In this document: positions 19,605-28,970 of the stretch, piece by piece
Layout of the letters: the number at the start of each line of letters is the position of its first letter
Position numbering within the stretch: position 1 is the stretch's first letter
NCBI GenBank assembly: GCA_016929525.1
Contig: JAFGIP010000008.1
Span: 34,749 to 98,748, forward strand
From: Bacteroidales bacterium
GTDB taxonomy: Bacteria; Bacteroidota; Bacteroidia; Bacteroidales; UBA10428
Length of the DNA stretch: 64,000 nucleotides
Reading direction: 5' to 3'
Position numbers and translations under genes: made by a program
The notes under the pieces: generated by a model
Databases searched by the model: none
What the model was told of the DNA's origin: nothing
Seen by the model: the letters and a program-made list of their open reading frames with translations, nothing else

Positions 19605-20738
19605 TCAATTATCCAATCCCTTCTCTTTTAACCATTCCGACAATAAGTCGGCAATTTCTAAATTGTTTAAATCCGAAAACGGGAAATGGGTATTCCCTTT
19701 AATTCCAATTTCAGGCAGATGCACCATTGTAACATCGCCTCCGTGGCCGTTTACTGCATCTCTCCACAATTTTGCCATTTCAAGACGCACACGCCATCCG
19801 TCCTGGCCAGGATTGGGATTGGGTTCATCAGGAATAAAATCGCCATAGTAAATAACAATTGGAATTTTAGTCAACTTCATAAAATCTTCCATGGGTACTC
19901 CAACCGCATGTAATGTGCCACCCGAACTTGGTTTGGGTGCAGGTACTTCGCCTTCAGGGAACAGAAATCCGCTTCCGGGTTCATAAGATACAATAGCTAT
20001 AATATTTTCGTTCTTAACAGCGGTATGCCAACCCATACCACCTGAATGTGAATGTGTAACTAAAATCCCCGGACCAATTTTATCGAAAAGTGCTGATACT
20101 GCTGTTGCATTCACATCAATATCAATAGGTCCAATACCGGGTGTCATTGCTCTGAAATACTGTTCAAGTGTAGCTGAGTCGCGTGCAAACTGAACCCCTT
20201 CGAAATAGTCGGGCCAAATTCCGATTCGGAAAGTACCGAACCATTCCTGTTCATCGGGATTAGGTTCAATATTGGCAGAAACTGTACTGCGACCTGCATC
20301 GCCTCTGCGAGGCTGGTCTATAACATATACAGGAAATTGCCTGCGTAAAAAGATATTTTGAAAACCTTCCCGTCCGTCGGGTGTGGTTTCCCAAGTTTTT
20401 GAAAACTGCCCGAAACCATGCCACATTACTAAAGGATATTTTCTGGCATTGGCCGGAATTTGATAAAAAACATAAGCATGATCGCCATGAAAAGTCTGTC
20501 CTGACGGAGTTGGATTATAAGGATCAAATGTACCTGGTATTGAAATCACAGTTCCACCAACTGCAAAACTACCTTGTTCACTTATAATCAGTTGATTTTC
20601 TTTTTCAGTAACGCACGATAAAAAACTTACTACTATAATTAGCGATAGAAGGGTATTCCTCGATCTTAAATGATTTTTAAACATTACTGTGACATTGAAA
20701 AAATGCACCAGTTTGTAGCTAATATTTCCAAGTTTCAT
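19605..20738 (-). CDS. Alpha/beta-fold hydrolase, probable lipoprotein (start uncertain)
   Basis: QGSFAVGG, HGDHAYV.YQIP, WETTPDGREG, IDQPRRG, THSHSG nucleophile, GNTHFPFSD; lipobox FLSC. Confidence 0.82.
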   Translation of the reverse strand: MKLGNISYKLVHFFNVTVMFKNHLRSRNTLLSLIIVVSFLSCVTEKENQLIISEQGSFAVGGTVISIPGTFDPYNPTPSGQTFHGDHAYVFYQIPANARKYPLVMWHGFGQFSKTWETTPDGREGFQNIFLRRQFPVYVIDQPRRGDAGRSTVSANIEPNPDEQEWFGTFRIGIWPDYFEGVQFARDSATLEQYFRAMTPGIGPIDIDVNATAVSALFDKIGPGILVTHSHSGGMGWHTAVKNENIIAIVSYEPGSGFLFPEGEVPAPKPSSGGTLHAVGVPMEDFMKLTKIPIVIYYGDFIPDEPNPNPGQDGWRVRLEMAKLWRDAVNGHGGDVTMVHLPEIGIKGNTHFPFSDLNNLEIADLLSEWLKEKGLDN

Positions 20739-20761
20739 TTTCGATTATGTTTTGTATTATA

Positions 20762-20874
20762 CAAATGTAAATCCTTACAATTTAGTATTTTGTATACGAA
20801 GTACTGTTTTGTATACCATTTTTACTGAATTGACTTTTACATTGGAAATTGCTACTCGGAAATGCCTAAATTTG
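20762..20874. promoter_or_regulatory. Divergent Bacteroidota promoters with candidate AraC direct-repeat sites
   Basis: TACATTTG (minus, 20762-20769) and TAAATTTG (plus, 20867-20874) match TAnnTTTG; TTTTGTATAC repeated at 20788 and 20807, each followed by TACTG. Confidence 0.55.
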
Positions 20875-20895
20875 TAATAGAAATACAATACAGAT

Positions 20896-21807
20896 ATGGA
20901 AGGCATATTTCATTTTGCTACTGTAAAAGAATACAATGATTTGAATAACCATGAGACTTTTCATCCCCTGGTTAGTATTATTAATTTTTCAAAGGCCAAT
21001 CCAAGAACCTGGGGTAAAGAAAGGAATGTTAGAATTAATTATGGATTGTATTGCATTTTTTTGAAAGATATAAAGTGTGGAGATTTAAAATATGGCTGTA
21101 ATTATTATGACTACCAGGAAGGCACGTTGGTTTTTGTTTCACCGGGACAAGTAATGGAAATTGAAAATGACGGTAATGTGTATCAACCCAAGGGGCACGC
21201 ATTGGTTTTTCATTCTGACCTTTTAAAAGGAACTCCTTTAGCCCAAAACATTAATAAATACAACTTTTTCAGCTACAATACGAATGAAGCATTGCATTTA
21301 TCCGAACGTGAAAGACAGATTGTTTTAGATCTGTTTTCAAAGATTAATTATGAACTACGGCAGAGTGTTGACAAGCACAGTAAAAAACTCATTGTCTCGT
21401 ATATTGATTTATTTCTGAATTACTGTGAGCGCTTCTACGATCGCCAGTTTATTACCAGAGATAACGTTAATAAAGGGATCTTAGAAAAATTCGAAGAACA
21501 ATTAAATAGTTATTTTTTATCGGGAAAACCACAATCAATAGGTTTACCATCAGTTGCATACTTTGCAGATGGACTTCATTTATCGGCCAATTACTTTGGA
21601 GATTTGATTAAAAAAGAAACTGGAAAATCAGCAAAAGAATACATTCAAAACAAAGTAATAAATATTGCTAAAAACAAAATATTCGATTCAAATAAAACAG
21701 TAAGTGAGATAGCAAGTGAATTAGGTTTCAAATATCCGCAACATTTTAGCCGTATGTTTAAAAATGTAACCGGCTATGCGCCAAATGAATTTAGAAATCT
21801 GAATTAA
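20896..21807 (+). CDS. AraC-family transcriptional regulator
   Basis: YDYQEGTLVF N-domain; C-terminal LSANYFGDLIKKETG and IASELGFKYPQHFSRMFK..G..P.EFR. Confidence 0.95.
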   Translation: MEGIFHFATVKEYNDLNNHETFHPLVSIINFSKANPRTWGKERNVRINYGLYCIFLKDIKCGDLKYGCNYYDYQEGTLVFVSPGQVMEIENDGNVYQPKGHALVFHSDLLKGTPLAQNINKYNFFSYNTNEALHLSERERQIVLDLFSKINYELRQSVDKHSKKLIVSYIDLFLNYCERFYDRQFITRDNVNKGILEKFEEQLNSYFLSGKPQSIGLPSVAYFADGLHLSANYFGDLIKKETGKSAKEYIQNKVINIAKNKIFDSNKTVSEIASELGFKYPQHFSRMFKNVTGYAPNEFRNLN

Positions 21808-21835
21808 GTGTATTATCCCAAGGTACGTCGGCAAT

Positions 21836-21904
21836 AAAACAGCACATTCCGCAAAAAAAGGTTTTGAGCGTTTGGCTGTGCTTTTTTGCGGGATATGCTG
21901 TTTT
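21836..21904. terminator. Long stem-loop downstream of the AraC gene
   Basis: AAAACAGCACATTCCGCAAAAAA / TTTTTTGCGGGATATGCTGTTTT, about 23 bp with one mismatch and one wobble. Confidence 0.55.
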
Positions 21905-22094
21905 GTGCGGTGGGGTTTCTCGAAGTCTGCGCGTGGGGAGAAAAACAAAATAAATTGCTTTCAGCGGGCTCATTCTTCGTCCTCGGTTCCGATCAAGTTG
22001 TCCCTACCTTTCAACAGATCTCCAATCATTCCGCCATTTTTATACATAATTTGCTACGTGTTGTGCAGCCTTTTTTTAGGACGGGTCACACTTG

Positions 22095-22229
22095 CATGCA
22101 AGGGTTCAGTATAAGTGCAGTGCGGGATTACGAAGCGATTACTTGTCCAGATACAACTTAATTACTTTACGAGCTTTAACCTTTGAACACTGCCCAGACC
22201 CGTATGCGCTCTACCATTTGTTGGTGAAA
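22095..22229 (-). repeat. attC-like element downstream of the vapBC module
   Basis: Starts TTTCACCAAC (minus) 5 nt after the vapC stop; internal stem AGTGCA-G-TGCGGG (22114-22126) pairs with CCCGTA-TGCGCT (22199-22210) with one bulged G. Confidence 0.55.
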
Positions 22230-22234
22230 GTACA

Positions 22235-22448
22235 CTAATGTTTATCTGTCCAATTTTCGATCTTAATATTTTCCATCCTCTCGAATTCCATAACGTTTCG
22301 AGTTACTAAGGTCATATTATAAACTATTGCAGTTGATCCTATGAATAAATCTAAATCACTTATAATAGTTCCTCTCGATTTCAATCTGGCTTTTTCTTTC
22401 CCATAAACTCTTATCGATTCAAATATTGGTATCCAGTAAATAGTCCAT
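22235..22448 (-). pseudogene. vapC: VapC/PIN-domain toxin with internal deletion
   Basis: MDYLLDTNI then stop; a second frame gives PIFESIRVYGKEKARLKSRGTIISDLDLFIGSTAI..LVTRNV.EFERM..IENW. Start overlaps the upstream stop (TAATG). Confidence 0.85.
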
Positions 22449-22687
22449 TAGAATTCTTCAATATCTAAATTATTTACACTATCCCTCTGGATATCACCAA
22501 TGATTTTATCAGCGCTCCTTACATCATCCCATGCACCAAAACAAGATGAAAAATCTCGCTTGTCATCAGATTTATCATTTATTGACTGAGTCAATTTATT
22601 AATCATATCTTTCTTTGATTCAGCATCCCAGTTTTTCATTAATCTAAAATAACTGTTTACTTTATTATTTTTCGGGCCAATGTTCAT
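22448..22687 (-). CDS. Probable antitoxin of the VapC module
   Basis: 79 aa with FGAW.D.RSA..II..I motif, translationally coupled to vapC; own TATCTTTG promoter at 22703-22710 favours the ATG at 22687. Confidence 0.7.
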   Translation of the reverse strand: MNIGPKNNKVNSYFRLMKNWDAESKKDMINKLTQSINDKSDDKRDFSSCFGAWDDVRSADKIIGDIQRDSVNNLDIEEF

Positions 22688-23093
22688 TCGACTACTTTTA
22701 TTCAAAGATACAAATTATCGGAATGTTTCAATTTACTTGATTGCATGCCGTATTTTCACCAACTAGTTAATAAACGCAACTCATTTTGTTAAATTATTTC
22801 GATTATCACCCCATATATTTGGAGATAAACAAATTTAATTGCTCCGTTTATCATATCCTTATATTCCTCTTTAATAATTCCCTACTTCAAATTACAATTT
22901 TACGCTATAAAATCAAATTCAGATATTCTCCTTTCGCCTTCCCAACTGCTCCTGTTAAGTTTTCACGAAGGAATAATGTGAAGAAATAAAGCTTAACAGG
23001 AAGATCATGGTATTGTATCAGGTATACTTGTAATTAAACAGGAAAGCCTCCGGGATCCACAGGAAGAATTCCGGGGGCTGTTCCCGTTAATAT

Positions 23094-23124
23094 AAAAAAA
23101 AGCCAGACTGACAAGCCCGGCTTT
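23094..23124 (-). terminator. Intrinsic terminator of the GH97 gene
   Basis: Minus strand AAAGCCGGGCT-TGTC-AGTCTGGCTTT followed by a U run. Confidence 0.7.
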
Positions 23125-23151
23125 CTTTATTATATTTTCTTTTGAAAATTA

Positions 23152-25182
23152 CTATTCCTCTTCCTCCACAACCTTCTCTGCAACAAATCTGATTGCCTGT
23201 CCGCCGCCCGGAGCAAGGTATACCTGTATGCTGTCTTTCGAGGTTACAATTTTATCGTAAATATTTATAGAGTATGGATTTGTCTTCCAGTCTGCATCCT
23301 TTCCATCGGCATAAATTTGCGCTATATACTGTATATCTTTATCAAGAAATTTGAGTGAATATGCAAGCTGCCGGGGTTCTTCATTTGTGATACTTCCCAG
23401 ATACCAGTCATTGCTGTTACGGTCTTTTCTGACGATGGTAACAAATTCACCTATCTCACCATCCAGTGCTTTGGTGTCTTCCCAATCACAGACTACATCT
23501 TCAATGAATTTAAATGCAGGATTGCCCTCGTAATTTTCCGGCAGGTCGGCAGCCATCTGCAGAGGGCTGTAAATTACCACGTAATATGCCAATTGCTTTG
23601 CAAGGGTTGTATTAACCTGGTTATTCGGTCGTGACGGTAACATCATTTCAAAGATACCGGGAGTGTAATCCATCGGAGATGCAAGCATTCTGGTAAATAC
23701 AAGAACAGGTACGTGCGATGGTGCATTTCCGCCTTCACCGCCCCACACATTGTATTCCATACCCCGGGCTCCTTCACGGGTCATCAGGTTTGGCCATGTC
23801 CGTCTTAAACCACAGTCTTTGACGGGTTCGTGAATATCCATCATTATCCTGTATTTAGCAGCCATCTCAACAGTATTCTGATAATGTCTCACTCCGGCTT
23901 GTCCGTGGTGCCACTCATCTTTTTCAAGCTTATCACTAACATAACCTGTTTTTAGGTATCTTATACCAAGATCGTGATAATACTTGTAAGCATCTTCCAT
24001 CTGATCTTCATAATTCAGGTGTGCACCATAAGTTTCATGATGCCCGACTATCTCAACACCCTTCGAATTAGCATATTCAACAACTTTTTCAAGATTGAAA
24101 TCAGGGTATGCTTCTGTAAAACTAAAAACTCTGCCATCGTCAAGCCATTCACGGTCCCATCCCTGGTTCCAACCTTCAACTAGTACACCTTTTATACCAT
24201 GTTTGGCTGCAAAATCGATGTATTTTATTGCATTTTCGGTGGTGGCACCATGCTTCGGTCCCGATTCCCATGTACTTATACCCAGGTGCATCATCCACCA
24301 TATTCCAATATATTTGGCAGGTTCAATCCAGGAGACGTCTTCTATTTTACTGGTATCATTTAAATTTAAGATCAGATAATTTGTTATCAGATCTGCAGGT
24401 TTCTCACCAACGGCGATCGTTCTCCAGGGTGAATTGAACGGAGTCTTCACATATGCTTTAATTCCGTTTTTCCAGGGAACCAGATCACATGCCAGAATAT
24501 TGGTATCTGTTCTGAAAATTGTCATACTTGGATAATCGTATAACGCTGCTTCGTGTATACATAAATAAAGTCCATCTTTCGTTTCAATGGTTAACGGCGT
24601 ATGTACGGTATCCATTTCAGCAAGAGAAGTCTTTTTATGAACATACTCATAACGTTCCCGCCTGTATGCAGGGATCCACCAGGCATTCTCATTGGCTTTG
24701 GTGATGAACTGGGTTTTTTCGTCAATAACCTGAAATTCTTTTAAATTATCCTGCTCGGGAAACTCATAGCGAAAACCTAGGCCGTCGTTATATAAGCGAA
24801 AAGTTATATTTAATTTTCTTTCCAGACCCGACTTCTCTTTAAGAAAGACCGTAAGCTCGTGATATTTATTTTCTATTTCACGTACTTCACCCCATGGTTG
24901 TTCCCATGTTTCATTAAATTCTCCAATTTTATTATCTGCCAAAATAAAATTTGAATCGAGATCATCCATTTCATTCAAAACAAACCCCAGGGCTGACTTT
25001 CTTATCACCGGTGATCCGTTCCTGTTCAGTTTATAATATGGAACTCCCCCATATTCGAGGTTAAATATCAACTGTAATCTATAATCCGGAGAACTGATTG
25101 CAATCTCATCCCACTCCCTGGTGCAACTCACAATAATTATTGTAACTAACGCACCGGTTAAAATTTTAAAAACATACCTCAT
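23152..25182 (-). CDS. GH97 glycoside hydrolase (SusB-like alpha-glucosidase), lipoprotein
   Basis: GIWW.MH, HGATTEN, VLVEGWN.GW, GHHET (inverting-type base), REGARGME, PMDYTPG, SPLQMAAD. Confidence 0.93.
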   Translation of the reverse strand: MRYVFKILTGALVTIIIVSCTREWDEIAISSPDYRLQLIFNLEYGGVPYYKLNRNGSPVIRKSALGFVLNEMDDLDSNFILADNKIGEFNETWEQPWGEVREIENKYHELTVFLKEKSGLERKLNITFRLYNDGLGFRYEFPEQDNLKEFQVIDEKTQFITKANENAWWIPAYRRERYEYVHKKTSLAEMDTVHTPLTIETKDGLYLCIHEAALYDYPSMTIFRTDTNILACDLVPWKNGIKAYVKTPFNSPWRTIAVGEKPADLITNYLILNLNDTSKIEDVSWIEPAKYIGIWWMMHLGISTWESGPKHGATTENAIKYIDFAAKHGIKGVLVEGWNQGWDREWLDDGRVFSFTEAYPDFNLEKVVEYANSKGVEIVGHHETYGAHLNYEDQMEDAYKYYHDLGIRYLKTGYVSDKLEKDEWHHGQAGVRHYQNTVEMAAKYRIMMDIHEPVKDCGLRRTWPNLMTREGARGMEYNVWGGEGGNAPSHVPVLVFTRMLASPMDYTPGIFEMMLPSRPNNQVNTTLAKQLAYYVVIYSPLQMAADLPENYEGNPAFKFIEDVVCDWEDTKALDGEIGEFVTIVRKDRNSNDWYLGSITNEEPRQLAYSLKFLDKDIQYIAQIYADGKDADWKTNPYSINIYDKIVTSKDSIQVYLAPGGGQAIRFVAEKVVEEEE

Positions 25183-25369
25183 TGCATCTTCAAATGTAGT
25201 TAATCGATAGTGCTGATAAAGTAATGAAAAAAAAAGCTAAGTAAAAAACCTACTTTTCAAAACATATAGAAATCAATTTTGTTTATATAACCCATTAACA
25301 GCAAATTAGCCTATCCGGTATTTAAGATTTTTCTAAACACGAAATAGAAAATCCTGTAAATAAACTAAA

Positions 25370-26554
25370 TTAAATAAAGGTGATCTTTACTTTTTTCAGG
25401 AATTTTTCCTCAAGGATCAGCGCTATTCTTTTAACTACAGTTCTGCGTATTTCAAGTTCTACTCCCAAATCAGGATTCTGATGTGCCAGGTTAATTCGTG
25501 TTCCTATCAGAAACATTATCTCATTACTCTCAATTATATGTTTTACAATAAGGTCGGCAGGTCCTTTCCCCGGAGCATAGTTGTTGTTATACTTCATCAG
25601 AATCTTTTCAACCTTGCTGAGTGTAAGTATGCCTTCCGTATACAAATCAATTCCTTCCATATACGAAAGCGGTGGCAGATCGCGATCTGTGATCTCCTGT
25701 CCATTTTCGATCTTGATATTCAGTTCGCGTGCAATAATATCACCCGTTGTGGCACCCATTATAATTTTCTTCCCGCTAAATTCTTTCACCTGTTTTGCCA
25801 TTGCCGAATCACGAGAGTTATCATATGGTGGTCCGGTGCAAATTAACAACTCCCGGGGTTCTCTTAAATACACAATTCCGCATGATGTGTCGTCTTTTGC
25901 CTGAAAGCCGTCGTTTCTCAGAGAAGTATTTACTATTCGTGATGCCAGTTCATTTGCCGATATCTTCGGATTCCGTTTTGTCATGTCAATTGCAAAACGC
26001 GCTACATTATCGTTTCCCCAGCCAAAAGGAAAGCGCGGTGTACCTAATCCCGACTGAGTAACACCATCGGTAGTAAATATCAAGCGGTCATCCTTTTTAG
26101 CCTGGAAGCGTGCAACCCGCAGTTTCTTACCTGCATTGGATTCACCTTCAAGAATGATATTCCTGCGCCCGATTTCCATAACTTTCTTATCCCTGATAAC
26201 AATACACTCCGGATTATCATATTCCAGTATATTCGTAGACCCATCATAATCAATTTCGATAATTGTAAAGGTCGAATAATTCATTTTTCTTTCTCTGCAC
26301 TCCGGCAAAGTCTTCATAATTATTTCGGCTGTCTTCTCCGGTTCTTTATGTTCTTTGGTAAAATTCAGTGCCATTTTCGCAGTTAGTGTTGCAAGCACGC
26401 TGGCTTTAATTCCATGCCCCATCCCGTCGGATAATACGAGTACTATCCTGTCTTGCTCACGTACCCTTCCCGTAAGGAATACATCTCCGCATATACGTTC
26501 GCCATCATGATTTTTTTGCTGGCAATCTACCTCTATAAAAAACCTTTCCTGCAT
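25370..26554 (-). CDS. SpoIIE/PP2C-type Ser/Thr phosphatase (HfsC-like)
   Basis: ERICGD, LSDGMGHG, TDGV and DDTSC metal motifs; C-terminal GPP...TEGILTL domain; downstream of the hydrogenase-like sensor. Confidence 0.88.
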   Translation of the reverse strand: MQERFFIEVDCQQKNHDGERICGDVFLTGRVREQDRIVLVLSDGMGHGIKASVLATLTAKMALNFTKEHKEPEKTAEIIMKTLPECRERKMNYSTFTIIEIDYDGSTNILEYDNPECIVIRDKKVMEIGRRNIILEGESNAGKKLRVARFQAKKDDRLIFTTDGVTQSGLGTPRFPFGWGNDNVARFAIDMTKRNPKISANELASRIVNTSLRNDGFQAKDDTSCGIVYLREPRELLICTGPPYDNSRDSAMAKQVKEFSGKKIIMGATTGDIIARELNIKIENGQEITDRDLPPLSYMEGIDLYTEGILTLSKVEKILMKYNNNYAPGKGPADLIVKHIIESNEIMFLIGTRINLAHQNPDLGVELEIRRTVVKRIALILEEKFLKKVKITFI

Positions 26555-26561
26555 TTTTTTG

Positions 26562-26647
26562 TTGTTAAATTGTTGAACTGTTGAATCGTTAATTTATTTT
26601 GTCATCCTACATTAATTAAACAATAACACAGTTAAACAATTACACAT
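26562..26647. repeat. Two degenerate 8-mer tandem arrays in roughly inverted orientation
   Basis: TTGTTAAA TTGTTGAA CTGTTGAA TCGTTAAT (26562-26593) and TTAAACAA TAACACAG TTAAACAA TTACACAT (26616-26647). Confidence 0.6.
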
Positions 26648-26648
26648 T

Positions 26649-28502
26649 TTATTTAGGTTTATCCTGCTCATAGAACTTAATCACCGAATTCAGCATTTTT
26701 TCTATATCCGAAGCTCCTTCACCCATAAGAAATCCTATCTGCTGAACCATTTCAAGGTTTTTATCGATGACTTCCGAAACACGTTTAATCACTTCTGCTC
26801 TCTGAACCTCGGGAGCTTTCATATCCCGAACAATACCTCCGGCTAACTGATTTTCGACTATCGGAAAGATTGAAAGATTCAGCAAAGAATCATTATGAAT
26901 TACATCTCTGGTATCAATAGGTTCGGAGTTCGTTATTACGAATGAAAACAGGTTATATATCTCTGGTGAGAAGAGTTTTTTCAAATCAGCACCAACAAGT
27001 CCGGGAATAACTTCATTAATTTCCCTGGCCTCCTCACCAAGTATTCTGCTAAATGTATTGTTGGCTTTAACAATTTTCAGTTGATAATCAACAACCACAA
27101 TGCCAGCTCTTAAATTATCAAGAATTGCATTTGTGAGTTCCTGTGCCTGATGTGCTGAATCATGCTCCGAACGTACCTTTTCTTCCGACTCCTGAAGTGC
27201 CTTTCTTGTTTTAGTAATTTTCTCGTTAAGTTCTTTAAGAGATTCATCGTAGTTCTTTGTATTTCGTACAGCATATGCGTGGCACATTTCAGGTACTACG
27301 ATGCCTTTTGCCATATCAACAGCAAATTCTTCACAGGTCGAATATCCGCATTGCTGACAATTAGAATAATCATCATCCTTTTTACCAAGTATCTGCAGAG
27401 CTTCTTCTATCTTTTCTTTGGGGGGGGGTGGCAAACGTTGGTCATTGGCCTTATAAGAACGTTTAAAATCTAATGAACCATATTCATCCAGGTCGTTATA
27501 CCACTCGGCACGGAAAAAGTTTTTGATCCGTTTATTTGCATATTTTATTATGAGATGTTCTTTAAGAAGTTTATTCCCGCGACTGGTAATCCCCGGCCCG
27601 GATAAAGCATTTCCGTATGTTACATGTAAATGCCGGTGAATTACTTTGACATTATTTTCGAATTCACGAATTGATTCAAGCATAGCTGTTTTACCTTCGA
27701 CACTAATAACATGTGTAGTAAGCAGGTTCTCGTCAATATCTGCTGCCTGAATAAGTCCGTTTCTTAATGGATAAAGTGAACCTTTAAAACCCAGGGGTGC
27801 ATCAAAATCTGAATAATCTACTATGTTTTCATCTATATTAAATTCCTTGAAAAGTTTTCTCAGTTCTGGAAATATAATCATGCAGTCGATTTTACCATCA
27901 TCATTATATAATAGAATCTCATCCTTATCAGCGATATTTGAACCTATGTAAATAATTTTAGCTTTGTCACCATGCTTCTTATGAATAACTTTAGCCATTG
28001 CTATTTTAGGTGAAATAAAAGGAGTAAGATTATTGATCAGATTAGGATGGTACTTTTCTATATAATTCACTACAACAGGGTCAAAAGAAGTTATGTAATA
28101 TCTGCCCTTAAAATCACTAAATAAATTAAGGTACTTCATTGCAATCAGGTCGGCACCGAATGAAAGTTCGTAAACATGAGCGATGCCTAATGATTTAATC
28201 ATTTGCACAAACTTGCGATAATCGGTTATATCATCAAATTCGGCTGCTATACCTGTTGATACAATTGCAGCAACTTCCTTGTTCAATTTCAGGATATTCT
28301 TTGCCTCTTCTATCGATGATCGGTATTCGATTGCATTTGGAGCGCAAGAATCAACACAAGCCCCGCAACCTATACACCTGTTTATATTGATCTCCGGAGA
28401 TAATCCATTCGGAACTGCCCTTATTGCTTTTACCGGACAAATTCTGACACAGGTAAAACAGTTGGTACATTTATCGGGTAATATTTCTACTAAAGGTTTC
28501 AA
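26649..28502 (-). CDS. Sensory [FeFe]-hydrogenase-like (HydS/HfsB-like) PAS protein lacking H-cluster cysteines
   Basis: 2x[4Fe-4S] motifs (CTNCFTCVRICP, CIGCGACVDSC), hydrogenase large-subunit scaffold (FGAD, YIEKY.P.L, SP), FeS motif CQQCGYSTC..C, coiled coil, PAS. Confidence 0.85.
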   Translation of the reverse strand: MKPLVEILPDKCTNCFTCVRICPVKAIRAVPNGLSPEININRCIGCGACVDSCAPNAIEYRSSIEEAKNILKLNKEVAAIVSTGIAAEFDDITDYRKFVQMIKSLGIAHVYELSFGADLIAMKYLNLFSDFKGRYYITSFDPVVVNYIEKYHPNLINNLTPFISPKIAMAKVIHKKHGDKAKIIYIGSNIADKDEILLYNDDGKIDCMIIFPELRKLFKEFNIDENIVDYSDFDAPLGFKGSLYPLRNGLIQAADIDENLLTTHVISVEGKTAMLESIREFENNVKVIHRHLHVTYGNALSGPGITSRGNKLLKEHLIIKYANKRIKNFFRAEWYNDLDEYGSLDFKRSYKANDQRLPPPPKEKIEEALQILGKKDDDYSNCQQCGYSTCEEFAVDMAKGIVVPEMCHAYAVRNTKNYDESLKELNEKITKTRKALQESEEKVRSEHDSAHQAQELTNAILDNLRAGIVVVDYQLKIVKANNTFSRILGEEAREINEVIPGLVGADLKKLFSPEIYNLFSFVITNSEPIDTRDVIHNDSLLNLSIFPIVENQLAGGIVRDMKAPEVQRAEVIKRVSEVIDKNLEMVQQIGFLMGEGASDIEKMLNSVIKFYEQDKPK

Positions 28503-28576
28503 TAATTCTGAAATTTAATGCTCCATTAAAGTTATTTTAATTCTTACTCGGTGCAAGATTTAATTATTATCGGTTA

Positions 28577-28837
28577 TTATTGTTTTATATACTCTGCTAA
28601 TCCCGTATCAAGTATTTTTTCTATGTTTTCACTCGAAATTTTCTGAAATAACCGTGTCCCGATGAACAGGTTTGGCCCCTCGCTGCAGTTGCCGCTGCAA
28701 TGATCTCCTTTAAATTCGACTTTATCTTCAAGTTGTCTTACTTTAATATATTTTTGAATCCGGGCAATCATTTGCTGATTACCCCTTGCAAAACAAGAGC
28801 TGCCTAAGCAAATTGTGATCTTAACTTTACGCAACAT
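28577..28837 (-). CDS. Thioredoxin-like [2Fe-2S] ferredoxin (NuoE/HfsA-like)
   Basis: ICLGSSCFARGN...HCSGNCSEGPN; all four Cys ligands present. Confidence 0.88.
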   Translation of the reverse strand: MLRKVKITICLGSSCFARGNQQMIARIQKYIKVRQLEDKVEFKGDHCSGNCSEGPNLFIGTRLFQKISSENIEKILDTGLAEYIKQ

Positions 28838-28970
28838 TATATTAATGTTTGGAAGTTCTGAATATAACCAATTTTAGTGTTTAAAAAAATACTGCCCTGA
28901 AAATCCATCCAATTTCCAATAATAACTATTTTAGTCGAACGAAAGCAATTGCTTTTAGTTAAACTCTGCA

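Noticed and set aside
22786-22989. Possible integrase remnant or 67-aa ORF beside the attI-like site
   Set aside because: No tyrosine-recombinase catalytic motifs found in the frames I read.
28503-28526. In-frame ATG-GAG-CAT-TAA upstream of the hydrogenase-like gene (possible nonsense mutation or uORF)
   Set aside because: The TTG at 28502 sits a normal distance before the first Cys motif, and the mini-ORF is part of a small palindrome; probably chance.
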